Both the position numbers and the translations under genes were made by a program. Shown one piece after another: positions 1-17,402 of a DNA stretch of 64,000 bases (position 1 is the stretch's first letter; each line of letters starts with the position of its first letter). The notes below the pieces were generated by a model, which was not told the DNA's origin, did no database searches, and saw nothing but the letters and a program-made list of their open reading frames with translations. This DNA comes from the human T2T-CHM13v2.0 reference genome, Homo sapiens, in the NCBI RefSeq assembly GCF_009914755.1, contig NC_060931.1. The stretch is one strand, 5' to 3'.

Positions 1-618
1 ATATTAGCTTTAGTACAGTTTTTTTTGTAAATTCCATAGGTTTTCTACATACATAATTGTTTCACCTGTAAAGACAATTTTACTTTTTTCTTTCCAATTT
101 GATTCCTTTTATTTCCTTTTTTTATTGCACTGATTAGAACTTGCCATACAGTGTTAAATAAAAATACACAGAAGATTCTTGTTCTCAATGTTAAGAAGAA
201 AGCATTCAGTTTTTCATCCTTACGTATAATGTTAACTGTAATTTGTTGTAGATGTTCTGTATCAAGTAAAAGCGTTCTGTTCTAGTCTTAGTTTTCCAAC
301 AATTTTTATCAGGAATGGATGGTGGATTTTGGAAATACTTTTTCTGCACCTATTGAGATGACTGTATGGTTTTTCTTTTTTAGTTTGTTGATATAGTAAG
401 TTATATTGATTGATTTTCATATGCCAGACCAATCTTGCATTATGAGATAAACCCCACTTGGTTGTGATATTATTCTTTTCATATATTGCTGGAATAGATT
501 GTCTAAAAATTTGTTAAGAACTTTTACATCTGTGTTAGTGAGAAACATTAGTCTGTGGTTTTCTTCTCTTACTATGTCTTTCTATGGTTTTGGTATATGG
601 GTAATGCAAGCCTTGTAG

Positions 619-999
<381 letters not shown>

Positions 1000-1053
1000 T
1001 AGTTCTTCTTTAAATATTTGGAATTCACCAAGTAAGCCTTCTGGGCCAGGTTT

Positions 1054-1078
1054 TGTGTGTGTGTGTGTGTGTGTGTGT
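1054..1078. repeat. (TG)n microsatellite
   Basis: About 12 TG units. Confidence 0.95.
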
Positions 1079-1090
1079 ATAGGAAGGTAA

Positions 1091-1382
<292 letters not shown>

Positions 1383-1513
1383 AGGTAAGGTTTTATAAAC
1401 CACAAATTTAATATCTTTAATAAATATTTCTATATATTCTATATTTATAGAGCTATTTAGATTTACTCTTGAATGACCTTTGTGCCTTTCAAAGTATTTG
1501 TTGAATGTCTTAG

Positions 1514-1843
<330 letters not shown>

Positions 1844-2821
1844 TATTTTCTTATTTTTATTTTAAAATTGTAGAATTCTAGTGAGGGTTACCTCTGTCAT
1901 TCTTGATATTATTCCTTTGGATCTTCTCTCTTTTTCTCCTGATCGGTCTGACTAAATGTTTATGTAGTTCATTGATCTTCTCAAAGAACACCCTTTGGTT
2001 CCATTGATTTTCTCTATTGCATTTCTCTTTTTTATTTTAAAATTTCTGCTGTGGAAAAAAATCTTCTGTTTGCTTATGGTTTGTTGATTCTTTTTCTAGT
2101 TTCTTAAGGTGGAAACTGAGGTTTTTTATCTGAGACTTTTCTTCTTTTCTAATAGAGGTATTTTGTACTATAAATTTCCCTCTAAGTGCTGCTTTAGGTG
2201 CATTTTTGATTTGCTGTGTTTTTAGTCTGTTTAAAATATTTTTAAATTCTCTTGTTCCTTTTACTCCTGGGTAATATGGAAGTATTGTATATAATTTCAA
2301 AATATTTGAGGGATTTTCCAGACATGTTTCTGTTTTTTAATTTAATTTCATTGTGTTCAGAGAACATACTTTGTATGACTTGAATTCTTTTAAATTTATT
2401 TAAATTCGTTTTATGGCCCACAATATATTTTATATTGTTAAATGTTCTGTGTACCCTCAAAAAGAATATGTTTTCTGCTCTTGTTGGGTTGAGTGTTCTA
2501 TAAATGTCAATTAGGTCAAGTTGGTTGTTAGTGTTGTTGAAGTCTTCTGTATCTTTCCTGCTTTTTCTATTTGTCCTATCAATTAATAAGAGAAAGGTAT
2601 TGAAATTTGTAGTTAGAATTGTAGGTTTGTCTATTCCTTTTGGCAGTTTTGTCAGTGTTTGCTTCATGTATTTGAAACTTAGTTATCAGATACATAACAT
2701 TTAGGATTATGTCCTCTTGATGAATTGACTTCTTTATGATTATGAAATGATATCCTTTAGTCCTGGTGATATTCTTTGTTCTGAAATATACTTTACTTGA
2801 TATTAATATGGCCCTTTTAGC

Positions 2822-3133
<312 letters not shown>

Positions 3134-3314
3134 CTTTCTTTTGATTAATATTAGCATAGTATATCTTTTTCCATTCTTTTTCTTTCAGAATGATTTTATC
3201 TTTATATGTAAAGTAGATGTCTTATAGGCAGCATATAGATAGGTCTTGCTTTTATGTAGTCTGACAATCTCTGCCTTTTAATTGGGATGTTTAGACCATT
3301 TACATTTGATGTGA

Positions 3315-3762
<448 letters not shown>

Positions 3763-4644
3763 TGGCTTATTACTTCTAACTCTGTTTCCTTTTTTGTAAT
3801 TGTTTTAGGGTTTGTGGTGTAAATGGTGTACATCTTTAACTTATCAGACACCTCCTTCATGTGATATTACAGCACTTCACATATAGTATGTCAATCTTAT
3901 GATAGTGTACTTCCATTTCTTTCCACTCAGCCTTCACATTATTATTGTCATACATTTTAGTTCTGCACATAACTCCACAGTACCTTTTTATTTATTTTTT
4001 TATAAAAACCTTCAAGGATATCTAAATAATTGTAAAAAATGTTTGTATTTACCATTTTTGGTACTTTTCATTCTTTTGTGTAGATCTGTCTTTCCATGTG
4101 GTATAATTTTCCTTGTGCCTGAGGGACTTCCTTTAATGTTTCTTGTACTGCAAGCCTGGTAGTGATGCTTTTTTCCAGCTTTTATACATCTGGAAAAGTC
4201 TGTATTTTGCCTTTGTTTTTGAAGGATATTTTTACTGGGTATACAATATTAGGTTAACAGGGTTTTTTCGTTTCGGTTTTTAAAGATGTTTCATTGCTTT
4301 ATTGTCACTTGCATGGTTTCCTATGAGAAGTCTGTTGTTAACCATACTTTTTTTCATTTGCACATAATGTGGGGTTTTTTCCCCTCTCGATGCTTTTAAG
4401 TTTTCTTTATCACTAGATTTGAGCAATTTGATTGTGATGTTCCTTGGTGTAGTTTTGTTTATACCTTTGTGCTTGGGGTTTGTTGAGGCTTTTGGATTAA
4501 TGGGTTTGTAGTTTTCATGAAATTTAGAAAACTTTCAGCCATTATTCTATTTTCTATACCCCTTTTCTTACCTTTCCTTTGGAGATTCCATTTATATGTA
4601 ATTAGACCAGTTGAAGTTGCCCTCCAGTTCATGAATGTTCTGGG

Positions 4645-4951
4645 TTTGTTTTATTTTGTTTTGTTTTTTCTTTTTCTTTTTTTTTTTGAGACTGACTTTT
4701 ACTCTGTTGCCCAGGCTGGAGTGTAGTTGTGCAACCTCCACCTCCTGGGTTCAAGCGATTCTCCCGCCTCAGCCTCCCGAATAGCTGGGACTACAGGCAC
4801 GTGCCACTACGCCTGGCTAATTTTGTATTTTTAGTAGAGGCGGGATTTCACCATGTTGGCTAGGTTGGCCTCAAACTCTTGACTTAATGTGATCCGCCCA
4901 TCTTGGCCTCACAAAGTGCTGGGATTACAGGTGTGAGCCACCTCGCCTGGC
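4645..4951 (-). mobile_element. Alu (AluS-like)
   Basis: Antisense Alu consensus. Confidence 0.93.
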
Positions 4952-5192
4952 TTAAGTTTTTTAAATGTGATTTTTAAATGACTCCATAATGTGTTCCACT
5001 TGGCTGAATGTCTAAGATTTTCTTCCTTTTTTTCATTAATCGAAATAATAGTGTGATGAACATTTGTATACAAAAATATTAGTATACATCTGTGATCATT
5101 TTCTTAGAATAAATTTCTCCTTAAGACTTTTAATATGTGTTGCAAAATGCTGTCCATATATTTTTGTATCACATAAAAAACAAAAAACTCCT

Positions 5193-5499
5193 GGCTGGGC
5201 ACAGTGGCTTACACCTGTAATCCCAGCACTTTGAGAGGCTGAGGTGAGTGGATCACCTGAGGTCAGGAGTTCGAGACCAGCCTGGCCAACATGGTAAAAC
5301 CCCATCTCTGCTAAAAATAAAAAAATTAGCCGGGCGTGGTGGCAGGCGCCTATAATCCCAGCTACTTGGGAGGCAGAGGCAGAAGAATCGCTTGAACCAG
5401 GAGGCAGAGGTTGCAGTGAGCTGAGATCATGCCATTACACTCCAGCCTGGGTGAAAGAGTGAGACGCCAACTCAAAACAAACAAACAAACAAACAAAAA
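5193..5499 (+). mobile_element. Alu (AluS-like) with (CAAA)n tail
   Basis: Sense Alu consensus. Confidence 0.95.
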
Positions 5500-5599
5500 T
5501 CCTCCTATGAAAACTGCTAGTTTTAATGGCAGGGGAACATTCAACTACTTGAACTCCTATTCTTTAGGAGGGCCAGGATTGCTTGCTTGACACCAGTAT

Positions 5600-5970
5600 A
5601 TCAGAATTTTAAAGTGAAACTTAAAGGCTAAGAAGAAACTAACCATATGAAGAATAGGGGAAATAATTACAAGCAGAATGAACTGCAGTGCAAAGCCTCA
5701 AGATACAAGGGATGTTAGAAGAATGGAGAGAAACCGAGGGTAGCTAGAGCATAGTGAGAAAGAGAGTCTGTCCTAAAAGGAGATTGCAGAGAGGCAAGGA
5801 CTGGATCATGTAGGACCCTGAGGGTCAAGGCAACTATGCTTTGGACTTTATTCTAAGTGCCATGATAAGCCATTGAAAGGCTGTAAGCTGGGGAGTTTAT
5901 GGTGTTGTGTAGAGGAAGGTGGTTTAGAGAGTGGCAAGAGTGGAAGCAGGATGACCAGCTAGAAGATACG
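5600..5970 (-). mobile_element. L2 fragment
   Basis: Purine-rich antisense L2 motifs (ggatcatgtagg...tttggactttattctaag). Confidence 0.6.
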
Positions 5971-6020
5971 ATTCTTTACTATTTCTCGATCACTTTATCA
6001 TATATATTAACATATGTTAC

Positions 6021-6399
6021 TGCTATGGACTGAATGTCTGTGTTCCTCCCAAATTCATATGTTGAAGCCCTAATTCCCAGTGTGATGGTATTAGGAGGTG
6101 GGGCCTTTGGGAGGTAGTTAGGTTTAAATGAGGTCATAAGTGTGGAGTCTCCATGATGGGATTAGTACCCTTATAAGAAAAGGAGGAAACACCAGAGCTT
6201 CCCCTCTCCACCATATGAGGATACAGCAAAACAATGGCTAGTTGTCTGCAAGCCAAGAAGTGGGACCTTGCTGAGAACCAGATTTGTTGCACGTTGATCT
6301 TGGCCTTCCCAGCCTCTAGAACTGTGAGGAATAAATGTCTGTTGGTTAATCCACCTAGTCTGTGGTATTTTATTATAGCAGGTCAAGCAGACTAAAACA
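6021..6399 (+). mobile_element. MaLR solo LTR (MLT1A-like)
   Basis: TG...CA ends; tgctatggactgaatg...aattcatatgttgaa...ctctagaactgtgag...aataaat pattern. Confidence 0.85.
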
Positions 6400-6431
6400 T
6401 CTAGGAAGTGATAAAGAAGAAAATATATATC

Positions 6432-6711
<280 letters not shown>

Positions 6712-6751
6712 AAGAAGAAAGATATTTTAATATTTTAATTTATTATTATTA

Positions 6752-7044
<293 letters not shown>

Positions 7045-7117
7045 TGAGAAAACTATTTTAAAAGTAATGGGAAACTATCACATTATTCCCTTTGGCTAGT
7101 TATGCTGCATTTCCTGA

Positions 7118-7746
<629 letters not shown>

Positions 7747-8124
7747 TAATGCTATTGCTGCATACCTAACATTTTTCTTCTATTTTATGACATCCCTAAT
7801 CAGTATTTAAGCTTTGAATGTTTATTCTCCTGTTTTGCCTAGATAATTTGTTTTTCTCCTTTATTTTCTTAAATACATGGAATCTTTTATTATGCCTCTA
7901 ATATAGTGTTCTCAAACTGACTTGAATGTGGATTTTAAATTTTTTAAAATGAAATATCTGCCTGGGACACCCTTTGAAAAGCTAGGCCAGAGGATTGGGT
8001 TCCAGTGATTACCAAAGGCTTATGGTCAACCAAATGAGAGAATGCAGTAAAAGAATTACAACCAAATGCAACCAAAGCAATGAGAGAATACCTTGCAGGA
8101 TCTGGTCCTGGAACTGCTATTAAT

Positions 8125-8435
<311 letters not shown>

Positions 8436-8544
8436 CTATTAATGTCTGTAGATTGATTTCTTAGATAATGATGTAGAGATTATGTTAATCATGAATATGG
8501 ATGTGATATTACACCAAGGCAGGAATGAAGGCAATTTTGTGAGA

Positions 8545-8715
8545 GGGGAATGGGGCTTTGGAATCTGTGAATCAGGTTAAAATCTTAGTTTTAGCCTTTG
8601 CTAGGCTGAGTAGCCTTTGGCAAGTTGCCTAATTTCTTTGTCTTCAGTTTCTTCATTTGTAAAATGAATAGGATGACACCTACTTTGTGTGGTTTTTGTG
8701 AAGAGCAGATAAGAC
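8545..8715 (+). mobile_element. MIR
   Basis: Core motif cagtttcttcatttgtaaaatg. Confidence 0.75.
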
Positions 8716-8967
8716 GTATAAGGTATAAATTTCTTTATCCACTTTTATTGTTGTTCTGTACCATCTTGGAAGATGGGGATAGAATCTGTTATAATGTTAA
8801 TAAATTGGAGAAGGGGCAAAGCAAACAAGGAAATTTAGTGAGAATAGTTCTGAATAAGTATAAATATAGCATGTAGGATCAACAGAGTATAGGGTTTTTT
8901 ACTTGGATGTTTGGAACCTTGGGAATAGAAAACCTTTTTTAAAAATTTAATTTAATTTTTTAAAAGA

Positions 8968-9247
8968 CAGATGAGGTCTCACTCTGTTGTTGCCGAGGCT
9001 GGAGTACAGAGGCACGATCATAGGTGAGCTTGAGCTCACCTCCTGGGCTCAAGGAATCCTCCTGCCTCAGCCTCCTGAGTAGCTGGGACTACAGGAATGC
9101 ACCAGCGTGCTTGGCTAATTTATTTTCTTTGTACAAGTGGGTTTTCACTATGTTGGGCTGGTTTCAAATTCCTGGCCTCTAGTGATCCTCTCACCTTGGC
9201 CTCCCAAAGTACTGGGATTTTAGGCGTGAGCCGCTGCACCCTGCCCA
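8968..9247 (-). mobile_element. AluJ-like
   Basis: Diverged antisense Alu. Confidence 0.9.
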
Positions 9248-9367
9248 AAAGCTGTTCTGTTTGTAATAGTGAAAAATGGAAACAATAAAGTAACAAAAGA
9301 ATGATTAAATGAACCATATGTAGTACACTCATGCAATGAAATATTTTCCAGTCTTTCAAAAGAATGA

Positions 9368-9721
<354 letters not shown>

Positions 9722-10508
9722 TTAAAAAAGGAAATTAATAAACCACTTTTGTAGTAGGATGGTGTATGACCATATTTGTATTTTAAAAATTATGTTATGA
9801 ACATGTCTATGAACTCATAGATAAAGGTCTGGAAGGGTGAACTTCAAATCGTTAGTCATCATAAACAACTTCTATACCTTAGGCTTGCATAAATAAAAAT
9901 GAGACTGAAAAGGTACTGTAAGAAGCCATCAGAGATTGTTTTCTAAATATGATATAAAACCCATTATTCACAAGACCAATACATTATTTACATAAAAATT
10001 AACCTCCAAATATGGGAAACTTCCAGCAGTTCTGAATTGATGGGTTTTCTATTAGAATCCTATATTTTTTCATTCTAAAACATAGATTATTAAAAGATTT
10101 GCATATTTTTAATGTATAAAACTCTGTGCGGATGAAGGGGTGAGAAGACGAACATTTTTATACACCCTGATAGAAATATAAATCGGTGCTTTTCTGGCGG
10201 GTACTTTGGCAATAGAGAACATGTTATCTCTTTTGACGTAGAGTTCTACTTATAGGAATTTATTTTAATGAAAAACAATCACAGACATAAAGATTTAGAT
10301 TTAGCATTTATTGCATTGTTATTTATAATATTATAAATTTATAAACAACAATATCTGACAATAAAGGATTTTAAATAAAGTAGGATACATTTATTCAGTG
10401 GACTACTAGCCACATAATATATTGTAGAAGTGTAAAATTGATGCAACGTATGTTGTTGAGTGCTTACTATTTACCAGATTTGTTCTAAGTACATTATTAT
10501 TTAATCCT

Positions 10509-10800
<292 letters not shown>

Positions 10801-12135
10801 TTAATTTAATTAAAAAATATATATATATATAATTTAATCCTTAGAATAAGCAGTGAGACAATCATTTCTTATTTCATTTTACATATAAAGTAACTTGGGC
10901 ACTGAGAGAGGTTAAATAACTTGTCTAAAATCACATAGGGAGTGGGAAAGCTGGGACTCACTTTTATCTGCCTGACTTCAAAATTCATACCTCAATTACT
11001 ATATTTAATGATTTTATAAATATAAAAATATGGCATAATACTTACATAAAAAAAGTTATAAGATGATATCATTGTTTTGAAGAAGGATTTATTCTAAAAT
11101 GTCAGCAGTGGAAATAGTTGAGTATTGGGATAATGGTTAATTTTTGTCTCTTCTTTTATTATTGTTTTCCACAGTGAACATGAATGACTTTCATAACTAC
11201 AGTTTTTAAGAGATACTCATTTCATAGCAGAAGGGTGGAGTGTATTAAAAAAATAAATATTCCTTCTTCCCCTCTGTTTCTGGGTGTATTTCTGAGATAT
11301 ATTTCTGAGTTTGGGTGTATTCACTCCTGAAGTTGCATGTAATTGCCTCTTGGCACTAGTTTATAAAAACTAGAAAGTTGAAACAGTGATGTTATTCTGA
11401 GATCTGAAGATGTAGGCAGATGAAATATGTTTAAATAATGACATTTTAACCATTATTCAGTTTCCTAGATCTGGGACCGGGGCCACTGGTAACAGGATTC
11501 AGAAGCCAGAAGCACAGTACCACACAGTGAGCAATTCCCCAGACTCGTCTCTTTGAGCTTTTCACTAGAAAATCCTTCTTCACCTCTCCTTTCTCCCAAT
11601 TCCTTTTTATTAAGAGTCTTTTAACCTGGATGAACATAATTTGAGCCGATCATAAACAAATAGCTCTCTTTTTTGCCTGACTTTATGCATTTCTGTTGCC
11701 ATGTAAACCAAATAAAGCTAGCTGTGAGCAAACCAGCTGCTGCCTGCAGCCTCCTTCCCTAGAGGAAGGGAAAGGGTGGTGAAGGTAATTGGGAAGGACT
11801 ATAAGAAGGGTAGAAATTGAGGGAAGAGAGTATTCTATTTACATTTCTGGTCCTGATTCTCACTCTGTTTATTTGGCTATTTAGAATATGATGACTATAG
11901 TTGACTTAGTCATTCTTCCCAGCAGCTGAGAGATATGGGTGACTAATAATTTTTTCTCTATTTGTTTGCATGTTGGAAATGGTTACTATTGAGGGGTGGA
12001 ATTAATAGAGTCTAAGCTATATTTCAGAACTGGAAAACTTGGAAAATGAATGGTTGTAGGGAATAGCATGGGATTTATGATTTTTTGTTTCAAAGAGTTA
12101 CGCTTTGGGTACTGGCATTAAAAAGTAGTTCCAGG

Positions 12136-12278
12136 GGCCAGGCACGGTGGCTCACGCCTGTAATCCCAGCACCTTAAGAGGCTGAGTCCAGAGGATTGCT
12201 TGAGGCCAGGAGTTCAACATCAGCCCTGGCAACTTAGCGAGATCTCATCTCTACCCAAAAAAAAAAAAAAAAAAAAAA
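12136..12278 (+). mobile_element. Alu left monomer (FLAM-like)
   Basis: Single monomer plus poly-A. Confidence 0.88.
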
Positions 12279-14047
12279 TTTTTTTTTAAGTTCCAAGGTG
12301 TCTAATTGAATGTGCCCTAGAGGCACTGTGCAAAGACTACATATAGGTGGTCAGTGACTGTCAAGTATTTACACTCACAATTGAAAGGACATGACAGCTG
12401 AGGCCTAAATCACATGACGTAGTAACTAGGTAAGTACTTGGAATCATTAATGAAAAGACAATGAGGTGTTTGCTTAAATTATAAATATTGATTAGGGGTA
12501 GTAGAGGTAATACGTTATTATGAGAAGAGAAAAGTGAGTGTGGCAGTTACTCATTTAGTTCAGATATGGGGAAAAAAAGTCATCTCTTCTCTGAGCTCAG
12601 GAAACTTTGGAAGTCAATCAGCATCAGATACACCAATCCTCAGACCCTATAGTGCCACCCAAAACTAAATATTCTCCTTCAGATGGTCCAGTTCATCCTT
12701 AAGCTAGGAAAGAGCAAAAATTAAATAAGAAGAAACATTGTAATAATCTTAAGTTTCTCACTGGGCTGTAAGGTTGATAGTGAACTTATGTGTAAATATC
12801 CAAAAACATTTTTTTGAAAAAACATTTTTTTCATGGCCCAGTCTTCATTTCTTATTGTCTAATTATACACATATGAGTAATGCATGTATTTATTCCTATC
12901 CCCTTTTTCTTACACAATAGGGTAGTATAATATGAACCTTGCTTTTTTCCCATATGAGTACAAAGAAAGTTTCCTCTTTTTATAGCTGTATAATATTCTG
13001 TTGTTGGATGTACCTCAGTTTATGCCATCAGAACCCTGTTAGTGGATAGTTGAGTTGTTTCAAATCATTTTAAGCTGTAATTTTACTGACTTTAAGTCTC
13101 TTTTGTTAGCAATCCCACTTTGAGGCCAGGCTACAGAAGTTAGTATATAGAAAACAAATGAATATAAGTAAAAAACTACAAATCCAACTTTAGTTCTAAT
13201 CTGGGCTGTGGGAAGATGGCTGCCTAACTTCAAAGTTATGCTACCTTCATGCAGTCCTCTCTATTTTGTTTTTCTTTGCTGCCGTCTATGTATTTGGTGA
13301 TGTTTGGTTTGTTGTCTTCTAATTTTTCTTTCATGGTTACTTCCTGATCCTATCTAATACACCAGCCTTCCTAACTCCTAGTTAGAGCTTTGTTAGAAAA
13401 TTGTTAGACATGCAGATCTTTGGATTTTACTGTCGACAGACGATAGCAGTTTTCAGTCTAGATGATGATGGGATTCCTCCTATCTACCTTGCCGGAAGCT
13501 CTGTGAAAATCTTAATACTTGGATAATGCACTTCTACTATCACTGCTTCCCTGCTAACAAAGTACACTTGGTAACAAATTTGTATTAGTGATACTTAACT
13601 GCCCCAGGAGGCTGGTACCTGCTACTGCTGGTGGGATGTCAAAATTTCTTCCTGCTCAGTAGGGGTAGAGACAAGCAGAATTGAGAAATGCTGTTTAAAT
13701 CTGTGAATTTAAATCTGGGTTCTTTGGAGGAAGGCATAAAGGGGTGATTGATTAATATCATTTTGGCTGCTCTTCTGCCACAAGGAATATGAGTAGAATA
13801 AAGAAAGGAAGAAGAAGATACAAAGAAATTCAGGTTAGAGAAGAAACACTACATTGAGAATCAAGAAGCATGGATTTTGATCTGTATTGTTACTAATTTG
13901 GTCTGTGATTTGATCTATATTCTGTTAATGATTTGGTCTGTGATTTCACTTCTCTGGTCCTAAGTTTTTGACCTATGAAATTAGTGGTTTGGAATTTTTT
14001 TAAAAATTGTCTGAAATTCTAAGGCAGAAAAGAGAAGTAAAGCAGCA

Positions 14048-14337
14048 GGCCGGGCATGGTGGCTCATGCCTGTAATCCCAGCACTTTGGGAGGCCAGGGC
14101 GGAGGACTGCTTGAGCCCAGCCTGGACAACACGGTGAAACTCTGTCTCTACAAAAAATAAAAATAAAAAAATTAGCCTGGCCTGGTGGCACATGCCTGTA
14201 GTCCCAGCTACTGGGGAGGTTGAAGCAGGAAAATCACTTGAGCTCAGGAGTTCAAGACCACAGTGAGCTATATGATCACATACCTGCACTTTGGCCTGGG
14301 TAACAGAGTGAGACCCTGTCTAAAAAAAAAAAAAAAA
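14048..14337 (+). mobile_element. AluJ-like
   Basis: Sense Alu consensus with poly-A. Confidence 0.92.
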
Positions 14338-14394
14338 TCCATATTGTTATTAAATAATATAAAGAGGAGAGCTTGTCTGTTAAAGAAAAATACC

Positions 14395-14913
14395 TATTAC
14401 AGTTAGTGTTGTTGCATAGCAAATTATTCCCAGAATTTAGGGGCTTAAAGTAATCGTTTACTTTGCTTCTGATTTTGTGGGTCAGGATTATGGGAATGGC
14501 TCAGCTGGATAATTCTCATTTCGGGTTTCTCATGAGGCTGATGTCAGATGGGGCTACAGTCATCTGAAAGCTCAGTTGGGCTACATGTCCAAGATGGCTC
14601 ATTCACATGGCTGGCAGTTGATTTTGGCCATCAGTCAGAGTGTCTGCATGTAGTCTTTCCAGCATGATGGTCTCAAGATAGTCAGGTTTTTTACATGGTG
14701 GCTCTCTTCTACCAGCGTGTCCCAAAGAAGACCAGACAGAAACTGCGTGACTTTTCTGACCTTGTCTTGAAAGTTACGTAGCATTACTTCCCCTGTACTG
14801 TATTGGTTGAAGCAGATACAAGCATGCCCAGATTCAAGGGGACAGGTCCTAAATCCCACTTCCGTGAGAAGAATGTCAGAGAATTTGGGGGCCACGTGTT
14901 TAAAACTGCCACA
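14395..14913 (-). mobile_element. MaLR solo LTR (MLT1H/I-like)
   Basis: Antisense MLT1 motifs (ggcttaaa...tgtgggtcagga...ccaagatggctcattcacatggctggc...aaactgccaca). Confidence 0.75.
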
Positions 14914-14968
14914 TTTTCTCTTCATAGAGTAGATGGCTTCTATTGAGAATAGCACATAAGTACTGAAG

Positions 14969-15314
14969 TTTCTTTTCTTTTCTTTTCTCTTCTCTTCTTT
15001 TCTCTTCTCTTTTCTTTCCTTTTTTTTTTTTTTTTTGACGGAGTCCCACTCTGTCACCCAGGCTGGAGTGCAGTGGCATGATCTTGGCTCACTGCAACCT
15101 CTACTCCCAGGTTCAAACGATTCTCCTGCCTCAGCCTCCCAAGTAACTGGGATTACAGGTGCATGCCACCATGCCTGGCTAATTTTTGTATTTTTGGTAG
15201 AGACAGGGTTTCGCCATGTTGGCCAGGCTGGTCTCAAACTCTTGACCTCGAGTGATCCACCTGCCTCGGCCTCCCAAAGTACTGGGATTACAGGCTTGAG
15301 CCACCCCACCCAGC
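14969..15314 (-). mobile_element. Alu (AluS-like) with (CTTTT)n tail
   Basis: Antisense Alu; pyrimidine microsatellite 14969-15037. Confidence 0.95.
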
Positions 15315-15704
15315 CTGAAGTTTATTCTTTCTTTTTGCTTGGTTGAAGCACAACCAAGCAAAAGAAATGTGTTTAAAATTATGATCACAGAATAAGTGTT
15401 ACAAATTTTTCAGTGGTAACTTAATCCAGATAGTAATAACCCATACATTAATTTCTTGCCTTTCTCTTGTATGGAGATTATGCACAGGAGTTTGGACCTT
15501 ATTCTGTAGACAGTTGGGAATCACTTGAGGCAGGAAGTATAGAAGTTGATTAGAAATAGGTAAGACTGGAGGCAAAAAGAGTAGCGCCAATTCTTTTCTT
15601 CCCCAAGCAGTGCAGGTGAGCAGTGAGATCCAGAACTGGGGCAGTGGCAGTTGGGATAGAGAGATGTTTAATTCAAGACATAGTAAAACATTAATAAAAC
15701 GTAA

Positions 15705-15994
15705 TTTTTTTTTTGAGACAGGGTCTCACTGTCACCCAGGCTGGAGTGCAGTGGCACGATCACAGCTCACTGTAGCCGCAATCCCCTGAGCTCAAGCAAT
15801 CCTCCCACCTCAGCCTCCTGAGTAGCTGGGACTGCAAGCGCAAGCCACCGTGCCTGGCTAATTTTTAATTTTTTGTAAAGACGGGTGTCTCATCATGTTG
15901 CCTAGGCTAGTCTCGAACTCCTGGACTCAAGTGATCCTTCTGCCTTGGCCTCCCAAAATGTTGGGATTACAAGTGTGAACCACTACATGCTGGC
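15705..15994 (-). mobile_element. AluJ-like
   Basis: Antisense Alu consensus. Confidence 0.92.
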
Positions 15995-16334
15995 TAACAT
16001 ATTTGTAAAGAAATTATTTATATTCGAATAGCTAGTAAATAAATGAACAAAATTCAAAATGTTCAAAAGGATAGATAATAAAAATAAGTTTTTTATCATC
16101 TCTTCTCCCCTACTTGCCCAGTTTTCCCCTAAGGCTATCACTATTACTATTTTTTTGAGTGTATTTCCAGAGATTCTATGCATATACAAACTTACTTTTA
16201 TCGTACTGTATTCACTATTCTGTACCTTGCTTTTTTCACTTAAAATATATCTTGGAGATAGTTTATATCAAAACATATATAGCTGCCTTGCTGTCTTAAC
16301 TATAGAGGATTCCATTGTATAGATAGGCCGTAAT

Positions 16335-16645
16335 TTATTTATTTATTTTTATTTTTTATTTTTTTGGAGATGGAGTCTCGCTCTTCTCCCAGGCTGGAGT
16401 ACAGTGACGTGATCTCAGCTCAGTACAACCTCCACCTGCCGGGTTAAAACAATTCTCCTAGTTCAGGCTCCTGAGTAGCTAGGATTACAGGTGCACACCA
16501 CCACGCCTGGCTAATTTTTGTATTTTAGCAGAGACAGGGTTTCATCACGTTGGCCAGGCTGGTCTCGAACTCTTGACCTCAGGTGATCCACCTGCCTCAA
16601 CTTCCCAAAGTGCTGGGATTACAGGTGTGAACCACTGTGCCCGTC
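16335..16645 (-). mobile_element. Alu (AluS-like)
   Basis: Antisense Alu consensus. Confidence 0.93.
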
Positions 16646-16655
16646 CATGCCATAA

Positions 16656-16991
<336 letters not shown>

Positions 16992-17114
16992 AGTTTTTCT
17001 TTACAACAAAAATGCTTTAATGAATATCTTCATTATTTCATACATGGGGAAGTATATCTGTGGGACAGATTGCTAGAGGTGGAATTGCTGATTCCAAGGA
17101 TGTATGCATTGTAC

Positions 17115-17402
17115 TTTTTTTTTTTTAAGAGACAGGGTCTTGCTCTGTCACTCAGGCTGGAGTTCAGCTTACTATAACCTAGTACTCCTTGGCTCAAGCA
17201 ATCCTCCTGCCTCAGCCTTCTGAGTAGCTAGGACTAAAGGTGTGTACCACCACGCCTGGCTAATTTGTAAATTTTTTTTTTCTGTAGAGACTGGAGGTCT
17301 TGCTGTTTCCCAGGCATGTGTCAAACTCCTGGCCTCAAGTGATCCTCCTGCCTTGGCCTCCCAAAGAACTAGGATTACAGGAGTGACCTGCTGTGCCTGG
17401 CC
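17115..17402 (-). mobile_element. AluJ-like
   Basis: Antisense Alu within antisense L1M remnants (about 16000-17800). Confidence 0.9.

Noticed and set aside
13876-13946. Degenerate ~36-bp tandem duplication (similar one at about 27015-27105)
   Set aside because: Ordinary slippage-type duplications with no spacers or other structure; not CRISPR-like.
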